Shown: in pieces, positions 23,181 to 31,687 of the stretch | Layout of the letters: every line of letters begins with the position of its first letter | Position numbering within the stretch: the stretch's first letter is position 1 | Origin: an uncultured Acidobacteriota bacterium | GTDB taxonomy: Bacteria; Acidobacteriota; Terriglobia; UBA7540 | Reading direction: 5' to 3' | DNA: 32,000 nt | Assembly: GCA_963710405.1 (NCBI GenBank) | Contig: CAVQAP010000013.1 | Span: forward strand, 253,292-285,291 | Position numbers and translations under genes: made by a program | Notes under the pieces: model-generated | Told to the model about the DNA's origin: nothing | What the model saw: the letters and a program-made list of their open reading frames with translations, nothing else | The model's database searches: none

Positions 23181-24521
23181 ATGCGAAGGAAATCTGGAAG
23201 CTTTTCGATCACTCCGGCGGGCCTGGTGCTCGCCCTCGGTATGCTCGCCATGCTGCTTATGCCTCGCGTGGCGTGCGGCCAGGGGGGGCCAATGACCGTT
23301 ACGGTGGGACCTGCCGATGCCGACGTCCTCGGCGCGGATAATGTCGCCATCCAAAAGGCCATCGATCGTGTGGCGGCAGCGGGCGGCGGCACGGTGGTGA
23401 TCAAGGCCGGCACCTATTTGTTGGCGAATTCGGTGCGGCTGGCCAGCCACGTCCGGCTGCGCGGCGAAGGGCCGGAGAAAACTCTGCTGAAGAAAATGCC
23501 GGGGGTGCAGAGCGAGCTCAAGCTCGACGCCGACTATGGCGAGATGATCGCCACGGTGGAGGACGCCGGCGGCTTTCGGCCCGGCATGGGAGTTACCATT
23601 CTCGACAAAGTTAGTCCTGCCGGCTGGACGCCCAGCGTCCGCACCATCGTCTCGATTGCGGGGAACACCCTTCGCTTCGATCGTTTTCTGCAAATGGATT
23701 ATTCCGTGGCCAACCACGGGCAGGTATTCAATACGTTTCCCCTTATCGCGGGGTTCAATGTGGAGGATGTGCAGATTGAAGACCTGAGTGTGGATGGCAA
23801 CCGCACCGGCAGCGGCATCCTGGATGGCTGTCAAACGGGTGCGATTTACTTCTTCCATTCCCGGAACATGACAATCCAGAACTGCGTGGCCACCAACTAC
23901 CCCGGCGACGGTATCAGCCTGCAATTCGTGGAAGACCCGGTGGTGGAAAACTGTGAGGCGGAGGGCAACGCCTACCTGGGGATCCATCTGGGTACGGGCG
24001 CGCTGCGCGGTCTTGTGCGCGACTGCCGCGCGCACGACAATGGCAGGGACGGCCTCTATCTCTGCTGGCGGGTTCAACACGCGCGCTATGAGCAAAACCG
24101 CTCATGGAACAACGGCGAGGATGGGATTTCATTAGGACATAAGGACACGGATAATATCTTTATCGGGAATTCCTCCAGCGGAAATGGCCGCGCCGGCATT
24201 TATTTTCGCGACGAAACTGCCGCCAACGCCGCAAGCCGTAACACTTTTCAGGACAACACCCTGGAGGACAACGGCCGTCCCGGCGCGCCGGGTTATGCCA
24301 TCCGCATCGAGGGAGAAACACGCGACCTTCGTTTTGTCTCCAACACCATACGCTCGAATCGCATCGAGGGGGTTGTCTTGCAGCCGGTGGGGATTTACAT
24401 CGGGCCGAAGGCAGATTTTATTACCGCTGACCAAAACCTGTTTTTGGGCGACGTGCAAAGGGCCATCATCGATGAATCGCAAGGCGGCCACAACCAACTG
24501 GCTCCGCCTCGCGGGCGGTAA
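23181..24521 (+). CDS. Secreted right-handed parallel beta-helix repeat protein (pectate-lyase-fold, GH28-related type)
   Basis: Signal MRRKSGSFSITPAGLVLALGMLAMLLMPRVACG. N-terminal motif DNVAIQKAIDRVAAAGGGTVVIKAGTYLL. Repeated NxxxxN/GI beta-helix turns. The ORF opens at TTG 23160; the ATG at 23181 is preferred. Confidence 0.75.
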   Translation: MRRKSGSFSITPAGLVLALGMLAMLLMPRVACGQGGPMTVTVGPADADVLGADNVAIQKAIDRVAAAGGGTVVIKAGTYLLANSVRLASHVRLRGEGPEKTLLKKMPGVQSELKLDADYGEMIATVEDAGGFRPGMGVTILDKVSPAGWTPSVRTIVSIAGNTLRFDRFLQMDYSVANHGQVFNTFPLIAGFNVEDVQIEDLSVDGNRTGSGILDGCQTGAIYFFHSRNMTIQNCVATNYPGDGISLQFVEDPVVENCEAEGNAYLGIHLGTGALRGLVRDCRAHDNGRDGLYLCWRVQHARYEQNRSWNNGEDGISLGHKDTDNIFIGNSSSGNGRAGIYFRDETAANAASRNTFQDNTLEDNGRPGAPGYAIRIEGETRDLRFVSNTIRSNRIEGVVLQPVGIYIGPKADFITADQNLFLGDVQRAIIDESQGGHNQLAPPRGR

Positions 24522-24536
24522 GGCCAAGTTGCTTCC

Positions 24537-25274
24537 TTACTTGAGCGCTTTTTTGATTTCAGCTTCCCACTGGGGAGTCACAACGGAAGTAAAGAGAAAG
24601 AGCGGATAGAGTTCCGCAAAAATGCGCTCAACCGTGCGGGCAAATGCGGGAGTTCCAAGCCCGCGGGCGTTGGGCAGGAAGACCTTGCGCACCACCCAGG
24701 CGTGCAGTGTTTGCCAGTCTTCTTCGCGGCGTGGCAGCCCGCTGTGCTGCGCCCACTCGCCTTTTTCCTCGCGGTGCCAATAAGTTTCGTAGCGGCGGGC
24801 TCGAATGCTGCGCTGGAGCAGGATTGCAAAGATATCGCGATGCGCCGCAACACGCTGGCGAAACACGGTTTCAAGCGCCCCCTTGGGGCCGCGCCAACTG
24901 CCGTAGATGGAAAAGCCCACCGTGAGGCATTCCGCGGAGAGCCCAACATATAAGCGGCCCGCGTGGCCGCGATCGTGACGGCCATCGTAAACGTAGAGAT
25001 AATAATTCGATTTGTAGGGGCTTTTGTCTTTGCTGAAGCGAATGTCGCGGTTGATGCGGGAGAAGTTGCCGTTGGTCTTGCCCCCTATTTCGAAGCGGGG
25101 GTTGAGCTTTAAGATGGCTGGCGTGAGTGTTTCCAGCAGGCCACGAAAGGCTCCCACCACGTGCTGATCGTAGCGGATACGGTTCGCGTCGAACCATGCT
25201 TTTTGGTTGTTACGTGCAAGCTCTTGGAAAAAAAGAAATGACTCGGCGGTGAAGCCTCGGAAGGTGGTCGCCAT
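24537..25274 (-). CDS. DUF2461 (TIGR02453) family protein
   Basis: FRGFTAESFLFFQELARNNQKAWFDANRIRYDQHV.. and FSRINRDIRFSKDKSPYKSN are the hallmark blocks of this family. Start taken at ATG 25274 (MATTFRGF); the upstream extension to 25505 looks non-coding. Confidence 0.8.
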   Translation of the reverse strand: MATTFRGFTAESFLFFQELARNNQKAWFDANRIRYDQHVVGAFRGLLETLTPAILKLNPRFEIGGKTNGNFSRINRDIRFSKDKSPYKSNYYLYVYDGRHDRGHAGRLYVGLSAECLTVGFSIYGSWRGPKGALETVFRQRVAAHRDIFAILLQRSIRARRYETYWHREEKGEWAQHSGLPRREEDWQTLHAWVVRKVFLPNARGLGTPAFARTVERIFAELYPLFLFTSVVTPQWEAEIKKALK

Positions 25275-25323
25275 ACAAATCTCCTGAAAAAAGGATCGAA
25301 GGGCCGCGCGCCGTGCCGTCCCC

Positions 25324-25629
25324 TTATTTCGCTTTCTGGTTGACGGGAGAAAGGCCCTCCACCGGCCAGGCGAAATCGTGGAATTCGCCAGTATTATCAA
25401 AGCCTCCCGAGGGGATGGGTTGCGAAGGTTCGGCAGGAATGCCCGTACCGCGGACTTGTGCCAGCACCTCCGCTTCGTGGATGCGCGACGCATCGTATTC
25501 CACAATCAAGTTCGCACCCTCAAAAGAGAGCCCGCGGATTCCGTAAACAGTGGAGAGCCGCGAGAGACACTCCAAATCCTTGGGAGTTAGGTCTTTCTTC
25601 ACCTTGTACCGAGTTTTCAGGAAGGTCAT
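25324..25629 (-). CDS. Small hypothetical protein (101 aa), possibly a degenerate HMA/ferredoxin-like fold lacking the CxxC site
   Basis: YKVKKDLTPKDLECLSRLSTVYGIRGLSFEGANLIVEYDASRIHEAEVLAQVRGTGI follows the spacing of heavy-metal-associated domains (xVxGMxCxxCxxxIExxLxxxxGVxxxxVxLxxxxxxVxYD....I..AI...G) but has no metal-binding cysteine pair. Located between copA and the DUF2461 gene on the same strand. Confidence 0.45.
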   Translation of the reverse strand: MTFLKTRYKVKKDLTPKDLECLSRLSTVYGIRGLSFEGANLIVEYDASRIHEAEVLAQVRGTGIPAEPSQPIPSGGFDNTGEFHDFAWPVEGLSPVNQKAK

Positions 25630-25647
25630 GGGGCGAACCTCACAAGA

Positions 25648-25736
25648 TCGGTTGATTGGTGATCGGGTGATCCGGGGAACAAGTGATCCGTCGATCCGTC
25701 TCGTTCGTCGTTCACCCGATCATCCGATTATTGAGA
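25648..25736. repeat. Second copy of the TCGGGTGA-type 8-mer inverted-arm element
   Basis: tcggttga ttggtga tcgggtga tccgggga acaagtga tccgtcga ... tcacccga tcatccga ttattgaga. The word switches to its complement midway. It lies between copA and the 101-aa ORF. Confidence 0.85.
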
Positions 25737-25751
25737 TTATTCGCTGCCGCA

Positions 25752-28046
25752 TCAAATCTCCGCACGGCGAAGTCGCAAAGCATTGCTAATGACCGAAACC
25801 GAACTAAAGGTCATAGCCGCAGCCGCCAGCATCGGGCTCAAAAGCCAACCCAGCAGAGGGTAGAGCACGCCCGCCGCCACGGGCACTGTAACCACATTAT
25901 AGACAAAAGCGAAGAAAAGGTTTTGGCGGATATTACGCAGCGTGCTCCGGCTCAGGCGGCGGGCGCGAACGATGCCGCGCAGATCGCCTTTGACCAAAAC
26001 AATTCCGGCGCTTTCCATGGCGACATCGGTGCCGGTTCCCATGGCGATGCCGACTTGTGCTTGCGCAAGCGCCGGCGCGTCATTGATCCCGTCCCCCGCC
26101 ATGGCCACGATGCGGCCCTCCGATTGAAGTTGTTTCACGATCTCGCCCTTGCGTGCTGGTCGGGCGTCCGCCTCAAAAGCATCGATCCTAAGTTGGTGGG
26201 CCACGGCTTGGGCGGTGCTGCGGCTATCCCCCGTTAGCATGACGATGTGCAGCCCTTCCTGATGGAGAAGGTTGATGGCTTCCGGCGTCGATGCCCTGAT
26301 GGGATCGATTACCGCGAGCACTCCCGCGGGACGGAGATCGATCGCAAGGAAAATGGCCGTGGACCCGTCGCGACGAAGTTGCTCAGCCTCTTGCCGTAAA
26401 CTGCCGAAAGGGATCGCGAGCGACTCGAATAGTGCGGGATTCCCGAGCGCCACGGCCTTGCCCTCCACAGAGCCGGTTACGCCTTGACCGGTGAGAGAAC
26501 GAAAGTCCACGACCTCGGAAAGGACAAGTGAACGCTCCTCCGCGGCGACGACGATAGCGCCGGCCAAGGGATGTTCGCTGCCGCGCTCCAGGCTGGCGGC
26601 AAGGCGCAGCAGTTGCAATTCGCCCCAGCCCGGTTGGGGCTTGAGGGCGGAGAGGCGCGGCTTGCCCTCCGTGAGCGTCCCGGTTTTGTCGATGACCAAC
26701 GTATCCACTTTGGCCAGAACCTCGAGGGCTTCGGCGTTCCGGATCAGCACGCCTGCCATGGCCCCTCGCCCCGTGGCCACCATGATGGACATGGGCGTGG
26801 CCAGTCCCAATGCGCAAGGGCAGGCGATGATGAGCACGGCAACGGCGCTAATCAGCGCGAAGGCGAAGCGCGGCTGCGGGCCGAAAACCGACCAGGCGGC
26901 AAAAGTAAGCACGGCAACACCTAGCACCACGGGAACGAAATATGAAGCCGCGACGTCAGCCAGCCGCTGAATGGGCGCGCGGGTGCGCTGGGCTTCGTTG
27001 ACCATGGCCACGATTTGCGCCAGCAGCATTTCACTGCCGACGCGCTCAGCACGCATCACCAAGCTTCCGGTTCCGTTCACCGTGCCGCCCGTAACGCGGT
27101 CCCCCCCTCTCTTTTCCACGGGAATGGGCTCGCCCGTAATCATCGACTCATTCACGGAACTCGCGCCTTCGAGCACGATTCCGTCCACAGGAATCTTTTC
27201 GCCGGGACGCACGCGCAGACGGTCACCGCGGTTAACTTGATCCAGTGGGACGTCTTCCTCGCCGCCATCGGCGTGCAGACGGCGGGCAGTTTTGGGTGCA
27301 AGCCCCAGCAAGGCTTTAAGCGCGCTGCTGGTGCGGCTGCGCGCGCGCAATTCGAGCACTTGCCCCAGAAGCACCAGCGCCGTAATCGTGGCGGCCGACT
27401 CGAAATACACCGGGACTTCGCCGGAGGAGAGCCGGAAAGATTGCGGGAATAGTCGCGGGAAGACGGTTGCGAGCACGCTATAGAGATAGGCTGTGCCCGT
27501 GCCCATGGCGATGAGCGTGAACATGTTGGGACTGCGGTTGACGACGGATGCCCAGCCGCGCTGAAAGAAAGGCCAACCTCCCCAGAGAACCACCGGGGTT
27601 GCAAGAACCAATTCGATACAGGCAAGCATCCTTGGGGTTATAGTGCGCATGAGGGAAAGCCCACCCAGCATGGCGGACATATCCAGGGCCACCAGCGGCG
27701 CCGTCAGCGCGAGGCTGACCCAGAATCTCCGCGCCATCGGACGGAGATCCGGGTTCGTTTCCTCTTCGCCCGTGACGGTAAGGGGTTCGAGCGCCATGCC
27801 GCACTTGGGACACGCCCCCGGCCCTTGCTGGCGAACTTCCGGATCCATCGGGCAAGTGTAAAGGGCATTGGTTTCCGCTGCCGGCATCGTGATACGGCCG
27901 GAGGGGGGACGGAGAAAAGCTTCGGGGCTGGCCTGGAATTGTTTCAGGCAAGATTCGGCACAAAAATAGTAATACTGGCCATGGTATTGATAGGAACCAG
28001 CGGCGTCTTCGGGTGTCACCTCCATGCCGCACACCGGGTCAGTCAT
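25752..28046 (-). CDS. copA: Copper(I)/silver-translocating P1B-type ATPase
   Basis: CPC transmembrane metal site ([13 protein letters not shown]), phosphorylation site [21 protein letters not shown]. The N-terminus carries a YHS/TRASH-type motif ([17 protein letters not shown]) and a [18 protein letters not shown] motif rather than a classical GMTCxxC HMA domain. ATG at 28046 is preferred over TTG at 28061. Confidence 0.92.
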   Translation of the reverse strand: MTDPVCGMEVTPEDAAGSYQYHGQYYYFCAESCLKQFQASPEAFLRPPSGRITMPAAETNALYTCPMDPEVRQQGPGACPKCGMALEPLTVTGEEETNPDLRPMARRFWVSLALTAPLVALDMSAMLGGLSLMRTITPRMLACIELVLATPVVLWGGWPFFQRGWASVVNRSPNMFTLIAMGTGTAYLYSVLATVFPRLFPQSFRLSSGEVPVYFESAATITALVLLGQVLELRARSRTSSALKALLGLAPKTARRLHADGGEEDVPLDQVNRGDRLRVRPGEKIPVDGIVLEGASSVNESMITGEPIPVEKRGGDRVTGGTVNGTGSLVMRAERVGSEMLLAQIVAMVNEAQRTRAPIQRLADVAASYFVPVVLGVAVLTFAAWSVFGPQPRFAFALISAVAVLIIACPCALGLATPMSIMVATGRGAMAGVLIRNAEALEVLAKVDTLVIDKTGTLTEGKPRLSALKPQPGWGELQLLRLAASLERGSEHPLAGAIVVAAEERSLVLSEVVDFRSLTGQGVTGSVEGKAVALGNPALFESLAIPFGSLRQEAEQLRRDGSTAIFLAIDLRPAGVLAVIDPIRASTPEAINLLHQEGLHIVMLTGDSRSTAQAVAHQLRIDAFEADARPARKGEIVKQLQSEGRIVAMAGDGINDAPALAQAQVGIAMGTGTDVAMESAGIVLVKGDLRGIVRARRLSRSTLRNIRQNLFFAFVYNVVTVPVAAGVLYPLLGWLLSPMLAAAAMTFSSVSVISNALRLRRAEI

Positions 28047-28124
28047 GCCATCACCCCTCAAATCGATAATATGCCAGCCCGGCGCAAAGCGACAAGTGAA
28101 GGTTACGGAACCGCGGCGCCACTA

Positions 28125-28133
28125 TGTTAGAAT
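28125..28133 (+). promoter_or_regulatory. Extended -10 promoter box TGTTAGAAT upstream of the 70-aa ORF
   Basis: TGnTAGAAT lies 35 nt before ATG 28168. It shares TAGAATCGTG with the box at 23130. Confidence 0.4.
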
Positions 28134-28167
28134 CGTGGCAAGGTAGAAGCAGGAAGGAAGGTGACTG

Positions 28168-28380
28168 ATGGCCACAAATACAAGGTTACCAAAAGCGGCG
28201 GAGAAATTCGACCCCGTGGTGGCGGCAACACTAACCGGGATTATCTATCAGGCCAAATTGTTCAACCGGCAGGCAAGGGTCAATGTTCCGGAGGAAGAGG
28301 TGGTGGTGGAAGTCATCAGCCTTTGGCGAAACGTGATGGACTCCTTAAACTCCGGACAATTTCCCCAGAACGGCGCTTAA
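28168..28380 (+). CDS. Small hypothetical protein (70 aa)
   Basis: ATG preceded by GGAAGGAAGG and by an extended -10 box TGTTAGAAT (28125-28133). Convergent with the tlpA-like gene. No recognisable domain. Confidence 0.4.
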   Translation: MATNTRLPKAAEKFDPVVAATLTGIIYQAKLFNRQARVNVPEEEVVVEVISLWRNVMDSLNSGQFPQNGA

Positions 28381-28401
28381 GGATGGCTACACGTGGCCGC
28401 G

Positions 28402-28932
28402 CTAGCGCTTGGATGCGCGAGCGAGATCCAGGACGAAGTTCTGGATGCGGGGATCGTCCCAGTCGGCGGGGCCCACTATCTTATCGGCGAGCCGTCCGCG
28501 GCGGTCCAAGATGTAAGTTTCAGGAAACTGGAACGTGCCATAGCGGGCCGCGAGCGTACGGTCCGGGTCGCGCCCTACGGGATAAGAGAGGTGATTCTTC
28601 AGGATGAAATCCTGAAGCGCCTTTTGATCCTCGTCGACGCTTAGGCTAATCACCATCACCCCTTGGTCCCGCATCCTTTCCGCGAATTGTTCCAGGCTGG
28701 GTGTTTCTTCCACGCAAGGCGGACACCATGTGGCCCAGAGATTCAGCACCACGATTTGCCCACGATAATTCTTTAATTCCAACGATCCCGACGGAAGAGC
28801 GGACACGGAGAAATCCGGCGCCCTATCGCCGATGGACAGTGGGCGCGCTTGGCGTTGGCGCAGCGCGAGGTAAGCGGTTCCCCCCAGAATCAAGATCAAC
28901 ACTGCAGCTTTAATGGTGTTGGTTTTGCTCAT
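28402..28932 (-). CDS. TlpA/ResA-like membrane-anchored thiol:disulfide oxidoreductase (thioredoxin fold)
   Basis: N-terminal anchor IKAAVLILILGGTAYLAL. Active site WATWCPPC. AhpC/TSA-redoxin-like flanks (GDRAPDFSV.., FPETYILDRRGRL). Confidence 0.85.
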   Translation of the reverse strand: MSKTNTIKAAVLILILGGTAYLALRQRQARPLSIGDRAPDFSVSALPSGSLELKNYRGQIVVLNLWATWCPPCVEETPSLEQFAERMRDQGVMVISLSVDEDQKALQDFILKNHLSYPVGRDPDRTLAARYGTFQFPETYILDRRGRLADKIVGPADWDDPRIQNFVLDLARASKR

Positions 28933-28983
28933 GTCAGAATCGTCTATTATAATGATTATTGGCGCTTCGTCATGCGAGATTAA

Positions 28984-29073
28984 GCAGGAGCCAGGAGTTA
29001 GAAGTTAGGAGCCAGGAGGCGCGGACAATCACGCTTTCCCTCGAGTTTTTCACTTTCAGCTTCTAACTTCTTC
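28984..29073. repeat. Heptamer-periodic inverted-arm element (TTAGAAG / CTTCTAA words)
   Basis: gcaggag ccaggag ttagaag ttaggag ccaggag on the left; tttttca ctttcag cttctaa cttcttc on the right. The core AGAAGTTAG is complementary between the arms. The same word AGAAGTTAGG occurs at about 16147-16156. Confidence 0.8.
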
Positions 29074-29079
29074 AAGCGG

Positions 29080-30141
29080 ATGAGTGCGAGTCATCCAGGG
29101 CGGGTTTCGGTCATCATCCCGGCACGCAACGAAGAGGTTAACATCGCGCGCGTGGTGAAGTCGCTCGCGCAGCAACAAGGCATTCAGGAAATCCTGGTGG
29201 TGGATGACCAGTCGGTGGACCGGACGGGAGAGATTCTGGCCGCGCTGAAAGGCGAGATTCCTCTTCTGCGCACTTTACGCGTGCAAGCATTGCCGGAAGG
29301 TTGGCTGGGGAAGGCGTATGCAGTGGCAACGGGAGCGCGCGCGGCCACGGGGGATTGGCTGCTTTTCACCGATGCCGACACCGAGCACCTGACCGGCAGC
29401 CTGGCTGAACTGGTGCAACGCGCGAAGAACGAGTGCGTCGATCTACTCTCTGTTTCGCCAGGACAAGAGACGCCGACGTGGTGGGAAAAATCTGTTATCC
29501 CCTTCGTGTACGTGAAGCTGGCTTCCCTTTTTCGATTCGAGGATGTTTCCGACCCGCACTCGCCGTCGGCCGCTGCGAACGGCCAATATATGCTCGTGCG
29601 GAGGGAGATTTACGAGCGGAGTGGCGGCCACGAGGCCGTAAAGTCGGCGATTCTCGAAGATGTGGAACTGGCGCGGAGAATCAAAGCGCTGGGTGGCAAA
29701 CTGCTCTTCCTGCGGGGCGCGCAGTGGGTGCGGACGCGCATGTACCACAGCTTTGGTGAGATGTGGCAGGGCTGGATCAAAAATCTCTATCTACTCTATG
29801 GGCGGAACGTCTCCAAGATGTTGGGGGAGGTTGCGTCGCTCTGGTTTTTAGACGTGTTCCCGGTGTTGGCTTTTATGGCGGCGTGCCTGTGGTTAGCTGT
29901 AGCGCGCGGCGGCAGAGTGGCCACGCTGGCAGCCGTCTGTTTGTTCTTGCTGGCGCTGGCGCGCCAATGGAACTATGGGCGAGCGCTGGCGCGCTTGCGG
30001 TTTGATCCGGCCCTGGCAAGCTTCCAACCGATCGGCGCCGCCCTGCTGGGGGTCTTGCTGCTCGGATCGCTGTGCGCCCACCGCGCCAGGCGAAACATCC
30101 AATGGAAAGGGCGTTGTTACGCCACGAAAGGAAAGGAATGA
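29080..30141 (+). CDS. Membrane-bound family 2 glycosyltransferase (HpnB/CrtQ-like lipid glycosyltransferase type)
   Basis: VSVIIPARNEE, VVDDQSVDRTGE, LPEGWLGKAYA, LLFTDADTEH (DxD), AAANGQYMLVRREIYERSGGH, EDVELARRIK, then C-terminal hydrophobic segments. The stop overlaps the next ATG (ATGA at 30138-30141). Confidence 0.85.
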   Translation: MSASHPGRVSVIIPARNEEVNIARVVKSLAQQQGIQEILVVDDQSVDRTGEILAALKGEIPLLRTLRVQALPEGWLGKAYAVATGARAATGDWLLFTDADTEHLTGSLAELVQRAKNECVDLLSVSPGQETPTWWEKSVIPFVYVKLASLFRFEDVSDPHSPSAAANGQYMLVRREIYERSGGHEAVKSAILEDVELARRIKALGGKLLFLRGAQWVRTRMYHSFGEMWQGWIKNLYLLYGRNVSKMLGEVASLWFLDVFPVLAFMAACLWLAVARGGRVATLAAVCLFLLALARQWNYGRALARLRFDPALASFQPIGAALLGVLLLGSLCAHRARRNIQWKGRCYATKGKE

Positions 30142-30545
30142 TCTACGTCACGCGGCGCGCGGAATTTTCCGCCTCGCATTATTATCACAACCCGAGTTTC
30201 ACACCGGAAGAGAACCGGCGGGTTTTCGGCAAGTGCAGTAATCCCCTGGGGCACGGCCACAACTACACCGTGGAAGTGACGGTGAGTGGCGCGATTGATC
30301 CCACTACGGGCATGGTGCTGGACCTCAAGGAGTTGAAGGTTCTGCTGGAGCAGGAAGTCATCCAGTTGATGGATCACAAATTCCTGAACAAGGAGGTCCC
30401 CGCCTTCGCGAACAAGAACCCCACCACGGAGAATATCGCAGTGGAAATTTGGAGCCTGGTGGCGCCGAAACTTGCGCACGGCAAGCTGCATCGAATAAGG
30501 GTGTTCGAGACCCCCGACCTTTTCGTCGATTACTACGGAGAATGA
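30138..30545 (+). CDS. 6-pyruvoyl-tetrahydropterin synthase / QueD family protein (COG0720), paralog 1
   Basis: SASH..(Zn His), GKCSNPLGHGHNY (Cys-x5-His-Gly-His), [32 protein letters not shown]. Very close in pattern to animal PTPS as I recall it ([43 protein letters not shown]). Confidence 0.85.
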   Translation: MIYVTRRAEFSASHYYHNPSFTPEENRRVFGKCSNPLGHGHNYTVEVTVSGAIDPTTGMVLDLKELKVLLEQEVIQLMDHKFLNKEVPAFANKNPTTENIAVEIWSLVAPKLAHGKLHRIRVFETPDLFVDYYGE

Positions 30546-30997
30546 TGGTCTACCTGACGCGACGCTACCGTTTTTCCGCGGGGCATAGGCTGCACAACGA
30601 TGATTTGAGCGCGGAAGAGAATCGCCGCGTTTATGGGAAATGCAACAACCCCAACGGGCACGGGCACAACTATCTTATGGAAGTCACGGTGGCGGGCCCC
30701 ATCGATCCAGCCACTGGCATGGTATTTGACCTGGCCGCGCTGGATGGAATTGTTGCCGAGCGCGTGATGGAAAAGCTCGACCACAAGAACTTGAACTTGG
30801 ACGTGGAGAGTTTTCGTACGCAGGTTCCCACCACGGAGAACCTCTGCCTGGAGATCTACAAGATTCTGCGCACTCCCTTGGAGCAGGCGGGTGCGGAGCG
30901 CGGCCTGCAACTTGACCGTGTGCGCCTGGAAGAAACGAGCTTGAATTCATTCGAATGCGCGCCCGAGCACGCCGGCCGCAAGAAGGGAATGGTTTGA
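30542..30997 (+). CDS. 6-pyruvoyl-tetrahydropterin synthase / QueD family protein (COG0720), paralog 2
   Basis: [52 protein letters not shown]. The start ATG at 30542 overlaps the stop of paralog 1 (ATGA); ATG at 30545 is an alternative. It has a C-terminal extension of about 15 aa relative to paralog 1. Confidence 0.85.
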   Translation: MMVYLTRRYRFSAGHRLHNDDLSAEENRRVYGKCNNPNGHGHNYLMEVTVAGPIDPATGMVFDLAALDGIVAERVMEKLDHKNLNLDVESFRTQVPTTENLCLEIYKILRTPLEQAGAERGLQLDRVRLEETSLNSFECAPEHAGRKKGMV

Positions 30998-31005
30998 GGA
31001 CCGTT

Positions 31006-31614
31006 ATGAAAGCTGATGAGCTGGAAAATCTGGACGAGTTGGAATCCGTCGCTTCCGGTGACCCGATGGCGGATGTAATCCGTAAGTTGATTTTGGGAGT
31101 GGGAGAGGATCCGGATCGCGAGGGGATACTGAAGACTCCGGTGCGCGTGGCGAAATCCCTCCGGTTTCTGACCAGCGGCTACAGGCAGGATGTGGACAAA
31201 GTGTTGAACGGCGCACTCTATTCGGTGGCTTATGACGAGATGGTGATGGTGAGAGACATTGAGGTGTTCAGCCTCTGCGAACATCATTTGCTCCCGTTTT
31301 TCGGACGTTGCCACGTGGCTTACGTTCCCAATGGCAAGGTGATTGGGCTGAGCAAGATTCCGCGCATTGTCGATGTCTTTGCGCGGCGGCTGCAAGTGCA
31401 GGAGCGCCTGACCGTGCAAATCGCCGAGACCATTATGGAAAAGATAAAACCGCAGGGAGTCGGGGTGATTATTGAGGCGCGCCACCTCTGCATGATCATG
31501 CGGGGCGTGGAGAAGCAAAACTCCATCGCTGTAACCTCCCACATGCTTGGGGTCTTCCGCGAATGCGAGGGAACGCGCTCGGAATTCCTGCGGCTGCTCA
31601 AGGAAAGGACCTGA
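31006..31614 (+). CDS. folE: GTP cyclohydrolase I (type 1)
   Basis: [15 protein letters not shown], the Zn site CEHHLLPF, and [14 protein letters not shown]-type (HLCMIMRGV). GAGGA lies 5 nt upstream of the ATG at 31006. Confidence 0.93.
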   Translation: MKADELENLDELESVASGDPMADVIRKLILGVGEDPDREGILKTPVRVAKSLRFLTSGYRQDVDKVLNGALYSVAYDEMVMVRDIEVFSLCEHHLLPFFGRCHVAYVPNGKVIGLSKIPRIVDVFARRLQVQERLTVQIAETIMEKIKPQGVGVIIEARHLCMIMRGVEKQNSIAVTSHMLGVFRECEGTRSEFLRLLKERT

Positions 31615-31634
31615 AAGAGCTGAAAGTCGAAAAT

Positions 31635-31664
31635 CGAAACTCGCCGTCAAGCGCGCGAGTTTCG
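31635..31664 (+). other. 10-bp perfect hairpin between folE and the SDR gene
   Basis: cgaaactcgc (31635-31644) pairs with gcgagtttcg (31655-31664) across a 10-nt loop. No U-tract follows, so it is not a canonical intrinsic terminator. Confidence 0.5.
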
Positions 31665-31687
31665 GATATCGGCCTTCTGCGTACCCT

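Noticed and set aside
22902-24095. 397-aa minus-strand ORF opposite the beta-helix protein gene
   Set aside because: It is an antisense shadow ORF. The plus-strand product has a signal peptide and a regular beta-helix repeat pattern, while the minus-strand translation is low-complexity.
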